Shown: positions 36,412 to 46,436, counted from the first letter of the stretch. The stretch is DNA of 64,000 nucleotides from an uncultured Christensenella sp. (GCA_964573405.1 CAZNJK010000003.1:3826-67825), one strand, 5' to 3'. Notes: generated by a model not told the origin, from the sequence alone. Translations and numbers: made by a program.

Positions 36412-38375
36412 TATTTCTTACCTGTTTTTTCGTTATCAAATTTTGTTGTTTTGTTGAAGTTTGCATTCTCGCTAATGTACTTTTTCCTTGCTTCTACATT
36501 GTCGCCCATCCACGTGGTTATCATAAGTTCCGCTTCGGCAATGTCTTGCAAATTGACTTGGATAAGCACTCTTTTCTCTGGGTCCATAGTTGTTTCCCAA
36601 AGTTGTTCGGCAGTCATTTCACCAAGTCCTTTGTACCTTTGTACACTATAATCCTTGCCAACTTCCTTTACGGCATTGTCGTAATCCTTCTCGTCGTACA
36701 CATATCTAACCTTGTTTTTGTTGTACACCTTATAAAGCGGTGCAACAGCAACATACACGTGACCTTCGTTGACAAGTTCTTTCATATATCTATAGAAGAA
36801 TGTAAGAAGTATCGCTCTTATGTGCGCTCCGTCTTGGTCGGCATCCGCCATAATTATGACCTTGCCATATTTTAGGTTTGCAATGTTGAAATCGCTACCG
36901 ATATTTGTGCCAAGCGCACTTATAATTGTCCTAATTTCTTCATTGTCAAGAACTTGATTGATTCGCTTTTTCTCCACATTAAGTGGCTTACCACGTAGTG
37001 GCAATATTGCTTGAAATTTTCTATCTCTCGCTTGCTTAGCACTTCCGCCCGCACTATCACCTTCGACTATAAAAACTTCGTTAAGAAGCGGATTTTTGCC
37101 AGTACAATTCGACAATTTTCCTACCAAATTGAATTGGTCAATGCTATTTTTTTGACGAGCGACTTCTTTTGCGTGTTTTGCCGCTTCCCTAACTTTCGCC
37201 GCCCCCTTTGCTTTCGTAATGATTTTTTCAAGTGCCGACTTATATATCTTCATATCAAATAGTTTTATAAGTGCATCATAAACAATGTTTTCAACTTCAG
37301 TCTTCGCTTCTGGATTGCCAAGTTTTGTTTTGGTCTGTCCTTCAAATTGAACATTCTTCATTTTTATGGACAATATTGCGGTTATCCCTTCTCTAAAGTC
37401 TTCGCCAAGCAAATTCTGTTCCTTTTCTTTTATAAAACCTAATTTTCTTCCGCAGTCGTTAAATACACGAGTCAAGGCACTCTTTAATCCTGTTTCGTGA
37501 GTTCCGCCTTCGCTTGTAGGGATGTTGTTGACATAACTAAATATGTTTTCGCTATAGCCGTCGGTGTGCTGAATAGATACTGCTAGTTTTACGGCATCTA
37601 ACTGCCCTTCAACATATATAGGTGTGTCGTACAGTGTAGTGTTGCCATTGTTGACATAATTCATAAAGTCATTAAGTCCGTCTGTATAATTATACGAAAA
37701 TGTTTTGTAGCCGTCTTCAGTCTTCTGGTTTTCGTCAATCAAAATTATTTTCGCACCCTTATTTAAGAATGCCAATTCTTTAAGTCTTTTCGAGATTGTT
37801 CCCACATCAAATCTTGCATCGCCGAAGATTTTTTTGTCGGGCAAGAATGTTACAAAACTACCTTGCTTTTTCGTGTTGCCTATACACTCAAGCGATTTTT
37901 TAGGAACACCACCTTTTGTTTTGCCACCCTTTGTGACTGTGTGAAATTCCATAAAATATTTTTTGCCGTCTTTGTTTACTTCAACTTTTAGCCATTCGGA
38001 AAGTGCGTTTACTACGCTTGCGCCAACTCCATGCAATCCGCCCGAGTATGCGTAGTTGCTATTATCGAATTTCCCGCCCGCGTGCAATTGGGTATATACT
38101 ACTTCTACACCGCTCACTTTTAGGGTCGGATGCTTGTCTACTGGAATGCCTCTGCCATTATCTTCTACTGATATGCTGTTATCTGGGTGCATTGTAACGG
38201 TGATTGTGTCGCCATAACCATTTGCGACTTCATCAATCGCGTTGTCTACAATTTCCCACAACAAGTGATGCATACCTTTCTCACCAGTTGTTCCAATATA
38301 CATTCCGGGCCTTAATCTAACCGCATCAAGACCTTCGAGCACTACTATATTCTTACTATCATAATTCTGTTTCAA
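36411..38375 (-). CDS. Type IIA topoisomerase subunit B (GyrB/ParE family)
   Basis: VLEGLDAVRLRPGMYIG, HHLLWEIVDNAIDE, GGLHGVGASVVNALS, EGDSAGGSAKQARDR, PLRGK.LNVE, IMADADQDGAHI. Apparent TTG start. Confidence 0.88.
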   Translation of the reverse strand: MKQNYDSKNIVVLEGLDAVRLRPGMYIGTTGEKGMHHLLWEIVDNAIDEVANGYGDTITVTMHPDNSISVEDNGRGIPVDKHPTLKVSGVEVVYTQLHAGGKFDNSNYAYSGGLHGVGASVVNALSEWLKVEVNKDGKKYFMEFHTVTKGGKTKGGVPKKSLECIGNTKKQGSFVTFLPDKKIFGDARFDVGTISKRLKELAFLNKGAKIILIDENQKTEDGYKTFSYNYTDGLNDFMNYVNNGNTTLYDTPIYVEGQLDAVKLAVSIQHTDGYSENIFSYVNNIPTSEGGTHETGLKSALTRVFNDCGRKLGFIKEKEQNLLGEDFREGITAILSIKMKNVQFEGQTKTKLGNPEAKTEVENIVYDALIKLFDMKIYKSALEKIITKAKGAAKVREAAKHAKEVARQKNSIDQFNLVGKLSNCTGKNPLLNEVFIVEGDSAGGSAKQARDRKFQAILPLRGKPLNVEKKRINQVLDNEEIRTIISALGTNIGSDFNIANLKYGKVIIMADADQDGAHIRAILLTFFYRYMKELVNEGHVYVAVAPLYKVYNKNKVRYVYDEKDYDNAVKEVGKDYSVQRYKGLGEMTAEQLWETTMDPEKRVLIQVNLQDIAEAELMITTWMGDNVEARKKYISENANFNKTTKFDNEKTGKK

Positions 38376-38725
38376 GAGCCAAATTCCGTCCTTTTTTAGT
38401 CATCTTATGTATTATATCACAAAAAGTATTTTTTTGTAAAATTAAAAAAGAATAAATTTATCTTTATATTTATGCAATATATTTAATATTTATACACCAA
38501 ATAATCGTCACATTCCCATTAACCGCTCTCCCCTACCTTCTCAAAAAATGAGCACATAAAACATCATTAAATATTGCAAAACGCAACACAAAATACCGCA
38601 AAATACACTAAAAAAATATCATAAAACACACTAAAAATCTAAAAAGAACTTTTAAACTACAAAAAATTACATAAAAGATAATAATTTTACATATTAACTC
38701 ATATAACTAATTATAGGAGAACAGT

Positions 38726-39781
38726 ATGGGTAAAATTGTTTTTTGCGGTGGCGGAACAGCAGGACATGTAATGCCGAACATTGCGATTATAGAAGAATTG
38801 AAAGGGAAAGGAATTGAACTACACTACATAGGCGGAGCAGGTATTGAAAAACAGATTTTGGCAAATTACCCTTATGTTAAATATCACGAAATTAGCACCC
38901 CAAAATTCATACGAAAAATCACACTAAAAAATTTCGCCATCCCTTTTAAATTGACAAAATCAACAATGGCGTGTAAAAAATTACTAAAAGAAATTAAGCC
39001 GTCCGTAATTTTTTCAAAAGGCGGATACATAAGTGTCCCTGTGGTGATTGCTTCTGGGAAAATCCCCGTAATTGGTCACGAAAGCGACTACACAATGGGG
39101 CTAGCAAACAAAATAATCTACAAACATGCCGACAAAATGTACTTTTCTTTTGAAGACACCGCCAAGAAATATCCTACAAAAGGCGAATTTAGTGGCACCG
39201 CTATAAGAAAAAGCATTATCAATGGCGACAAACAAAAGTTGTCTAAACAACTAAACATTGGAAATTCTCTACCCACCATTCTTGTCGTTGGGGGAAGTAG
39301 CGGTGCACGGGCGATTAATCAGTTTATAATCAATAATTTAAACATACTTACGCAAAACTACAACATTGTCCACATCATTGGAGCGGGCAATGAAATCGCA
39401 ACCACTCACACCAAGAACTACTACCCCATTTCATACGCCGACAATATGGGCGACTATATCGCGCTTGCCGACTACATAATATCTCGGGCGGGAAGCAATG
39501 CAATATTTGAATTTTTAGCACTCAACAAACCAATGATTCTGATTCCACTTCCAAAAGAAGAATCCCGTGGCGACCAAATTCTAAATGCTCAATACTTCAA
39601 GAAGCAAGGATTTGCCGAAGTGATAGAACAAAAAGACTTATCCGTCACAGCAGTGCTCAAAAAATTAGAACAGTTAAAATCAAAGAAAAAAGACTATATA
39701 AACACAATGCAAAATTCAAAAAGTCAAAATGGCACGCAAATTATAATAAAAGAACTATTAAAATATGTAAGTATATCCTAA
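38726..39781 (+). CDS. murG: Undecaprenyldiphospho-muramoylpentapeptide beta-N-acetylglucosaminyltransferase
   Basis: GGGTAGHVMPNIAI, LVVGGSSGA..IN, SRAGSNAIFE: GT28 MurG layout. AGGAGA RBS. Confidence 0.85.
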   Translation: MGKIVFCGGGTAGHVMPNIAIIEELKGKGIELHYIGGAGIEKQILANYPYVKYHEISTPKFIRKITLKNFAIPFKLTKSTMACKKLLKEIKPSVIFSKGGYISVPVVIASGKIPVIGHESDYTMGLANKIIYKHADKMYFSFEDTAKKYPTKGEFSGTAIRKSIINGDKQKLSKQLNIGNSLPTILVVGGSSGARAINQFIINNLNILTQNYNIVHIIGAGNEIATTHTKNYYPISYADNMGDYIALADYIISRAGSNAIFEFLALNKPMILIPLPKEESRGDQILNAQYFKKQGFAEVIEQKDLSVTAVLKKLEQLKSKKKDYINTMQNSKSQNGTQIIIKELLKYVSIS

Positions 39782-39999
39782 TTTAGGAAAACCACATCGT
39801 AATCAAAAAAAAACACTATACTCAAAAAAAACACATTACAACAAAAGAACTCTTTACAATCAAAGAATGCATTGTAATCGACGAGAAAAATAGACTTCAT
39901 ATAAAGCAAAGATTGATAATAAGCATATTTAAAAAAAGACACAACTATTATTTTAGCCATCAAAAATAAATTTTAGTTAAAAAAATAAAAACAAACTAT

Positions 40000-40013
40000 C
40001 GAACAAATGTTTG
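40000..40013. promoter_or_regulatory. LexA-type box CGAACAAATGTTTG overlapping a -35 element
   Basis: Identical 14-mer to the 4318 site. Its last 3 nt are the first 3 nt of the TTGATA -35 hexamer. Confidence 0.6.
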
Positions 40014-40039
40014 ATATTTTGTTTTTTGTGTGATACAAT
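40011..40039 (+). promoter_or_regulatory. Promoter TTGATA - 17 nt - (TGa)TACAAT, ending 7 nt before the ATG at 40047
   Basis: Counted directly. No Shine-Dalgarno lies between the -10 and the ATG, so the transcript would be leaderless. Confidence 0.55.
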
Positions 40040-40046
40040 ACAATTA

Positions 40047-40361
40047 ATGAGAATAGATGTTGAACTAGGAATAATTATCACACTACTTAATAAAGGGAAA
40101 ACAACCTACAGAGAACTAGCATCGAAATTTGATATGAGTATTCGGTCAATCTGTAGGTATGTTTCTGTGCTCGATACAGTCGGAATCCCAATAGTAACCA
40201 AGACTGGAAAAAATGGCGGGGTCGAAATTTTAAACACTTTTAGACTCAATAATATGTTTTTCACAGTTCAAGAAAAGATGACACTAATTACCGCTTGCAG
40301 CCACATCAACAATCCAGAAATGCGAAAAATAATAACCGACAAATTATTACTTATAAAGTAG
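40047..40361 (+). CDS. Small winged-HTH (HTH_11/DeoR-N-like) regulator, 104 aa
   Basis: IIITLLNKGKTTYRELASKFDMSIRSICRYVSVLDTVGIPIVTKTGKNGG is the HTH_11 pattern. The track ORF starts at a TTG inside the operator; the ATG at 40047 is more plausible. Confidence 0.6.
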   Translation: MRIDVELGIIITLLNKGKTTYRELASKFDMSIRSICRYVSVLDTVGIPIVTKTGKNGGVEILNTFRLNNMFFTVQEKMTLITACSHINNPEMRKIITDKLLLIK

Positions 40362-40567
40362 TATCATTTTTTCACATCCTACAAATAGTCTCCAAAAATC
40401 TTTTTATACCATACCCCACTTTATATCGCACCATAAAAATAAATCATAAAAAAAATATATACAAAATTAAGTTGATTACACCCCCTATTAAAAATTTCGC
40501 AACAACAATAATTATCTCTAAAAATAAATGTCTCTAAAAAAACAAACTTTATAGCGTCATCAAAAAT

Positions 40568-40607
40568 AAAAGCGGTTTGATTAAAAAAAATTTATTAGAC
40601 CGCTTTT
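40568..40607. terminator. Possible bidirectional terminator (large-loop hairpin) between the HTH gene and ddl
   Basis: aaagcggt ... accgcttt with flanking A/T runs. The loop is ~22 nt, so this is weak. Confidence 0.35.
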
Positions 40608-40654
40608 AGTATTAAAAAAATAAATATTGCATATTTATACTTATTTAATCATAT

Positions 40655-41779
40655 TTATGCACGACTAAATTTTGTGAAATCTTGTTTTTCAAGCACACTG
40701 GATTGATAATTAATTGCGACATCATCATCGCTCAAAAAGAGTCTTAACGAGTTATGAATTAGTTGGTTAATCACCGTCTTTTTATCAATCCCCTTCGCCT
40801 CAAACAAATATAACGCTAGTGAACCAGGAATCGTATTTATCTCATTAAGATACAATTTTTTAACTGTTTTATCGTATATAAAATCCACCCTTACCACCCC
40901 ACTACAACCTAGCAAATTATAACAATTAGAAGCGACGTTCTCAATCTTCTTTCTCAAAATTTGCCCAATGCGTGGTGGTATATTTTTTGACTCAAAATTG
41001 CCGGTAAAATTCAAGTACTTGTCATTAAAAGATAGCATTTCATTCTTAATAATTGGCTCTTCAATTTCCGACAAAATTAATGCATTTTCAAATCGATACA
41101 TTGCAATATTAAACTCTCGCAAATTTTCAACATACGGCTCTAAAATCAATTTTTTATCAAATTTTAACGATTTTTTTAACAATTTTAACAAATTTTCTTT
41201 ATTTTTGCAAATTTGTATACCTATACTACTACCAAGTCTACTTGGTTTTATAATGCAAGGAAACCCCACTTTTGATGTCACTCTTTTTTGCAAATTTTCT
41301 TCATTGTCTATATCTTCAAAGCCTATCTCAAGCGATGGCAATATAGGTAAGTCTAAGCACACTTTTTTAAATATTGATTTATCAAGTCCAATAGCCGAAG
41401 TTAGATTATCACACCCTACATAAGGGATGCCCGACATCTTCAACAGCCCCATTATACAACCATCTTCACCATTCACCCCATGCAATATAGGAAACACAAT
41501 ATCTATGTTATATAATGGTCTATATTTTTTACCTTTCTTTATGTAAAGCACATTTTCATTAACACCAAGTTGAACAACATCTAGTGAATCTCTGCTCTTT
41601 AGAAAATTATCAACATTATGATTTTTCACCAATCTCCACTTTCCCAATTTGTCTATGTAGACCAAAATAACATTGTATAAATATTCATCAAAAGACTTCA
41701 AACACTGAAAAGTCGAAACTATAGATATATCGTGCTCACAACTTCTCCCACCAAAAACAATCAACACATTTTTTCTCAT
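40655..41779 (-). CDS. ddl: D-alanine--D-alanine ligase
   Basis: VLIVFGGRSCEHDISI, FPILHGVNGEDGCIMGLLKMSGIPYVGC, ATP-grasp core, EINTIPGSLA. Confidence 0.85.
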   Translation of the reverse strand: MRKNVLIVFGGRSCEHDISIVSTFQCLKSFDEYLYNVILVYIDKLGKWRLVKNHNVDNFLKSRDSLDVVQLGVNENVLYIKKGKKYRPLYNIDIVFPILHGVNGEDGCIMGLLKMSGIPYVGCDNLTSAIGLDKSIFKKVCLDLPILPSLEIGFEDIDNEENLQKRVTSKVGFPCIIKPSRLGSSIGIQICKNKENLLKLLKKSLKFDKKLILEPYVENLREFNIAMYRFENALILSEIEEPIIKNEMLSFNDKYLNFTGNFESKNIPPRIGQILRKKIENVASNCYNLLGCSGVVRVDFIYDKTVKKLYLNEINTIPGSLALYLFEAKGIDKKTVINQLIHNSLRLFLSDDDVAINYQSSVLEKQDFTKFSRA

Positions 41780-41791
41780 CTTACATTCTCC

Positions 41792-43345
41792 TTATTTGTA
41801 ATTACTAGGCAAATCATTTTCAATCAAAATCACATCGCTTGATTGAAATTGCGAAAAATTAATATTTTTAAACTCATCAACAATGCGGTACTTCATTTTA
41901 GAATTTTCCAAAGCCTTTACAAGAGCCTTTCTATTAGTGCGATTAACCACAATGCACTCATCAGCAATTTTAGAAATTTCAACTCCAAACTCATAATTAA
42001 GCCTATATTGATCCTTTCCCATTTCTACAAATCCCGGAGTTATTACAATTTTTCGCCTATCATTATAAAGTCCTAGGAGTTGAAGAGATTTTTTAGCCGT
42101 CTGCGGATTGGAATTATATCCATTATTTATTACAACCGCACCACTAGGCAAAACACTTTTCTCCATTCGGCTCCTAATAGGCTTTAGTTTTTTTATCCCA
42201 TCAGAAATCTGTTCACCATTCAATCCTAAAAGAATAGCCATCCCTACTGCAAGTAAAATATTCTCTACATTATGTTCGCCAACCAACTCCGTATAAGCAT
42301 CACACAATTTTTCATCCCGAAACAAAACTTCAAATGTAGAACCACTTTGTGATAAATTAATGTTACGGGCCGACACATCAAAGTCCCCAAAACCCACACT
42401 TAGTTTTTCTTTACAATAGTTATTATACAAATCTAAAACTAATTCATTATTGCAGTTAAATACCATACTGCTAGCACAATTTAAAATTTCACTTTTAGTC
42501 TTTATAACATTTTCTATATTCTTAAAAGACTGCAAATGTTGTTGACCTATAGATGTTAAAATTCCATAATCCGGAGTAAATTCTTTACACAACCTTGAAA
42601 TATCGCCCTTTCGTTTTGCACCCATCTCCATTACAATAACATCATATTTTTGAATGTCGCTATTGTTAATTGTAAGACTTATTCCACTAGGAGTGTTATA
42701 ACTTTCCGGAGTCATAAGCACCAAATATTTTTCGCTCAATATTGTTGTCAATATGTTTTTTACACTTGTTTTTCCATATGTTCCAGTTATTCCAATTTTT
42801 ATAATGTTTGAATTATTTAACTTATTTTTAGCAATTTTGATATATTTTTTAAGTAAAATCACTTCAAATATTTTAATCACAAAATTGCAACTTATTGTTA
42901 GTAACTTGCACATAATTGTCATATATAAGCCAATATATGACACAAACATAGACTCTAATGACAATATACATATAGATATTACCAATGTAATAATACTTAT
43001 TGACAATGTACAATATATAAATACAATTCTTTTTATTCTATTAGTAAATTTAGGAAGTGTGTTATTTTTACATTTTAAAAGACAACCCATTTGACACAAA
43101 AATATCACCGAAAGATATATTAAACAAATCAAGTTAACAACTTTATCATTTAGAAAAAAGAGAAAGCCCATAAAACAATTTACCAAAAACAAAACACACA
43201 AAATTGATCTATTTTTAACATTGTATTTAAGCAATCCCCACAGTGAATACTCTTCCAATTGCAAAATCTTAAGACTTGGCAAGAGAAGAGAGAACACACT
43301 CAAAATTAAGTTAATTGCAAACAACAAACAAATAAAAATTCTCAC
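41792..43345 (-). CDS. MurF-family Mur ligase with an N-terminal polytopic membrane domain
   Basis: Residues ~175-517: GITGTYGKTS, NTPSGISLT, EMGAKRKGDI, GQQHLQSF, GEHNVENILLAV, NNGYNSNPQTAKKSL, ITPGFVEMG (MurF central and C-terminal domains). Residues 1-170 form about five hydrophobic helices instead of the MurF N-domain. Confidence 0.7.
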   Translation of the reverse strand: MRIFICLLFAINLILSVFSLLLPSLKILQLEEYSLWGLLKYNVKNRSILCVLFLVNCFMGFLFFLNDKVVNLICLIYLSVIFLCQMGCLLKCKNNTLPKFTNRIKRIVFIYCTLSISIITLVISICILSLESMFVSYIGLYMTIMCKLLTISCNFVIKIFEVILLKKYIKIAKNKLNNSNIIKIGITGTYGKTSVKNILTTILSEKYLVLMTPESYNTPSGISLTINNSDIQKYDVIVMEMGAKRKGDISRLCKEFTPDYGILTSIGQQHLQSFKNIENVIKTKSEILNCASSMVFNCNNELVLDLYNNYCKEKLSVGFGDFDVSARNINLSQSGSTFEVLFRDEKLCDAYTELVGEHNVENILLAVGMAILLGLNGEQISDGIKKLKPIRSRMEKSVLPSGAVVINNGYNSNPQTAKKSLQLLGLYNDRRKIVITPGFVEMGKDQYRLNYEFGVEISKIADECIVVNRTNRKALVKALENSKMKYRIVDEFKNINFSQFQSSDVILIENDLPSNYK

Positions 43346-43351
43346 CAGATT

Positions 43352-44107
43352 CTAATCCTTTATAAATGTAAGAAGTAGATTGCAGAAATTGGAATAATTC
43401 TCCAGATATGAAAAATGTCCAGCATTGTTGTAGATGATTAATTTGCTATCATCAATTGCTTCGTTGATTTTTCGAGCCATATATAATGGAGTTGTTTTAT
43501 CAAGTTCTCCCCACACTATAAGGGCTCTCGATTTTATACCCTTTAGCAAATACTCCAGTCCCTGATTAACAATTTTTACATAACTTATTTTCTGATTACT
43601 ATCTAATTGTTTATATTCCTCACTTCCAAATTTTGATAATGACTTAGTGCTTACAATTTTAAGATTTGCTAATTTTTTATATAATTTATATTTTAGCACA
43701 TTGATTTTGTATTTAATATTTCGTCGTGGCAAAATCCCCGCACTATCAACCAACACCAACTCATTTACTTTAATGTCAAACACACTTGCCAAAATCATTG
43801 CGACTCTTCCACCAAAAGAATGTGCCACAATGCTAAGTTCACTCACACCCTTCTTTTTTAAAAAAAGATAGAGTTGCGTCGCATATTCATAAGTATCTAG
43901 CGGAACATTTGGAAACTTCGATTTCCCAAATCCGTAAAAATCAATAAGCATTACTTTATGTTTTACGGAAAGCCTTTTCGCAACTGACAAAAAAGAGTTT
44001 GTACTACCGCCCCAGCCATGGAGAAATAATACAAAACTCTTTCCTTTACCTATTGTTATATAATTTAACGGATAGTTATACAAGGCTACTCCTAAATTTT
44101 TTTTCAT
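43352..44107 (-). CDS. Alpha/beta hydrolase
   Basis: FVLFLHGWGGS, nucleophile elbow AHSFGG, C-terminal ...NAGHFSYLE. Confidence 0.7.
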   Translation of the reverse strand: MKKNLGVALYNYPLNYITIGKGKSFVLFLHGWGGSTNSFLSVAKRLSVKHKVMLIDFYGFGKSKFPNVPLDTYEYATQLYLFLKKKGVSELSIVAHSFGGRVAMILASVFDIKVNELVLVDSAGILPRRNIKYKINVLKYKLYKKLANLKIVSTKSLSKFGSEEYKQLDSNQKISYVKIVNQGLEYLLKGIKSRALIVWGELDKTTPLYMARKINEAIDDSKLIIYNNAGHFSYLENYSNFCNLLLTFIKD

Positions 44108-44516
44108 ATATTATGGCAGACTCGCTTCCATAATAATTTTTTCTTGTACTTATCCTTTCAAATCCTAATTTTTCATATACACTAATTGCAATCACATTGT
44201 GCTCGTTAACTTCCAAATAGAATTTTTCAATGTTCTGATTTTTTAAAAAGTCAATCGCATATTCTATAAGGCAAGTGGCAATTCCTTGTCTTCTCTCCGA
44301 TTCAGCCACGACAACCTTCTGCAAATTTGCCTCGCCCATAAAATAGTATATTGATATATATCCTACAATCACATCATTTTTAATATATACAAATACTGCA
44401 ACTTTATCACTACTTAGGTCGTATTGAATCGTCGTTAGCGAATACGGATTACTAAAACTCAACATCTCCAAATTGTATATTTGGAGTGCGTCATTTTTAT
44501 CTGCCCGCCTAATCAT
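44076..44516 (-). CDS. rimI: Ribosomal-protein-alanine N-acetyltransferase (GNAT)
   Basis: GNAT motif A (V..ESERRQGIATCLI). Follows tsaB in the conserved tsaE-tsaB-rimI order. The ATG at 44516 overlaps the tsaB stop. Confidence 0.7.
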   Translation of the reverse strand: MIRRADKNDALQIYNLEMLSFSNPYSLTTIQYDLSSDKVAVFVYIKNDVIVGYISIYYFMGEANLQKVVVAESERRQGIATCLIEYAIDFLKNQNIEKFYLEVNEHNVIAISVYEKLGFERISTRKNYYGSESAIIYEKKFRSSLV

Positions 44517-45123
44517 TTTTATTCTCCAAATTTCTCTCGGCTTGCGATAGTTGAATATAATACGGCTCAAGGTCCATATTCTTCTTCGCCTTTGAAAGTT
44601 CCTTAAACTTAGCAATACACAAACTAGAATAATCTTCAAGTACATTTAATGTATATGCGTATTTATCCAAAAAATGTTCATCTTTCAACACAAAAATGTT
44701 CTTAAAATTACCCGCTTCAGCCTTATCAATAACGCCAGTACTCACAATCTGCCCGTTTTTCATGTCGGCAAAATAGCACGACGAAGATGTGCACTCGGTC
44801 AAAAATGTGCCGTTACCAACTACATCTTTTACAATATCAAATACATTCACTCCAATCGCATTTTTGCTAAGCCCATAAGAAAAACCCTTAATCGTAGCAA
44901 TCCCAACACGAATTCCAGTAAAAGAGCCGGGGCCCGTAACACACCCGAACACGTCAAAATCCGCCAAATCTAGCGAGTTCTCTTTCAAAACATCGTCAAT
45001 ATTTGTCATTAAAAATTCGCTTTGCTTTTCATCATCTTTCAATGTGCGGATTATATTAAATTCTTCCGTAATCAAGAAAATCGACGCCGATTTCCTTGTT
45101 GTATCTACAGCCAAAATTTTCAT
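44509..45123 (-). CDS. tsaB: tRNA t6A37 biosynthesis protein TsaB
   Basis: MKILAVDTT....S..L..., GPGSFTGIRVGIATIKG: the YeaZ/TsaB pattern. Confidence 0.8.
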   Translation of the reverse strand: MKILAVDTTRKSASIFLITEEFNIIRTLKDDEKQSEFLMTNIDDVLKENSLDLADFDVFGCVTGPGSFTGIRVGIATIKGFSYGLSKNAIGVNVFDIVKDVVGNGTFLTECTSSSCYFADMKNGQIVSTGVIDKAEAGNFKNIFVLKDEHFLDKYAYTLNVLEDYSSLCIAKFKELSKAKKNMDLEPYYIQLSQAERNLENKND

Positions 45124-45533
45124 CTTTCTATCCTAATTACTCGACCCTTTTCATCAGTTTTTTCAATATCAATATTTATGAATTTTGATTTGTCAAGATT
45201 TGCTCGCTCACCCCATTCAATTATCAAAATCTCGGAGTTATTGCAATCCAAATACTCATCAAATCCCAATTCCCTTAACTCATCAATTTGTTCTATTCTA
45301 TATAGGTCAAAATGATTAATTTTAAACTTTCCTTCATACTGTTTCAAAATAGTAAAAGACGGGCTGGTTACCGCATCTTTCACTTTTAATGACTTCGCCA
45401 AATATTTCACAAATGTCGTCTTGCCGGCACCAAGGTCGCCATTAAGCAATATCCTTTCACCACCATTCAGCGATTTTGCAAATTTCTTTGCAACTTTTTG
45501 AGTTCCACGCAAATTTTTTACTAAATATTCCAT
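45120..45533 (-). CDS. tsaE: tRNA t6A37 biosynthesis ATPase TsaE
   Basis: LNGDLGAGKTTFVK, SPSFTI...Y.......HFDLYR, EWGE. Confidence 0.85.
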   Translation of the reverse strand: MEYLVKNLRGTQKVAKKFAKSLNGGERILLNGDLGAGKTTFVKYLAKSLKVKDAVTSPSFTILKQYEGKFKINHFDLYRIEQIDELRELGFDEYLDCNNSEILIIEWGERANLDKSKFINIDIEKTDEKGRVIRIER

Positions 45534-45542
45534 AATTAATAC

Positions 45543-46436
45543 CTAACTTTTTTGTGGCGGTTCGTTTTTAATAGTTTTAAAAACCCATGGCAAAATTATT
45601 GTAGCAACAACCCCCACACCAAAATAATAAAGCGGATACAACGCATTAACTTTCAAATCCTTTAGCACTAAGGCATACAACATCATAAGCACAGCACTGC
45701 CCGAAACAATCTTTATCATTTTGTTTTTTAAAGTGTCTTCTTCGGTGTATTTTATCCATTTTTTGTCAACAAAATACCCCAAAACTACGCTTAAATATAA
45801 TCCTACAACCCTATAGATTTTTGCCAAATCGCTTGGGTCATCAAAAATATTTGTAACGACAACAACAATATATCCCACAACCACAAAAGGAACAAGAATA
45901 AGCAATATTTTATCTAAACTTATATTCCACCTAGTAGCAATTAAATCAATTATATATGTGGCAACCACCGTAACAATCACGCCAAGTAGCAAGCCCGCAA
46001 GCACATCAGTCAAGTAATGCTGACCAAAATACATCCGTCCAATGCCCACTAATGCTCCGAAAATCACAAACTCCAGCCACAACTCAACTCTCTGCCACTT
46101 CTTTGTAGGATACTTGTTTTTATTTGCTTCATATAGTAATCCCATTCCCACACTCGCATAACTTTGCGAATGCCCGCTAGGGAAAGAATTTCCACCTTCC
46201 GTAGCACCAATCGGTCTAGGTCTTCCCACAATCTTTTTAAAGAACACATTAAACACACAGTTGATTAGATACACCCCTGCAAATTTGAATGCGAATTGTT
46301 TTTTGTAGCACCAATACAACGCAAAAAACACAAGATAAAAAAACAAGTCTTCGCCCAAAATATTTGTGAACGAAAAGAAAACATCACAAAATTTACAGCC
46401 CCAACTCTTAAAAAACTCAACTATTTGGATTTCCAT
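45543..46436 (-). CDS. PAP2-family membrane phosphatase
   Basis: KK..GRPRP, FPSGHS, YFGQHY.TDV (PAP2 motifs C1-C3). The ATG at 46436 follows AAAGGAG; the track start at 46460 is a TTG. Confidence 0.7.
   Translation of the reverse strand: MEIQIVEFFKSWGCKFCDVFFSFTNILGEDLFFYLVFFALYWCYKKQFAFKFAGVYLINCVFNVFFKKIVGRPRPIGATEGGNSFPSGHSQSYASVGMGLLYEANKNKYPTKKWQRVELWLEFVIFGALVGIGRMYFGQHYLTDVLAGLLLGVIVTVVATYIIDLIATRWNISLDKILLILVPFVVVGYIVVVVTNIFDDPSDLAKIYRVVGLYLSVVLGYFVDKKWIKYTEEDTLKNKMIKIVSGSAVLMMLYALVLKDLKVNALYPLYYFGVGVVATIILPWVFKTIKNEPPQKS

Noticed and set aside
40295-40537. 80-aa plus-strand ORF downstream of, and overlapping, the HTH gene.
   Set aside because: It has no RBS, a basic low-complexity translation of AT-rich spacer, and overlaps the 3' end of the better-supported HTH gene.
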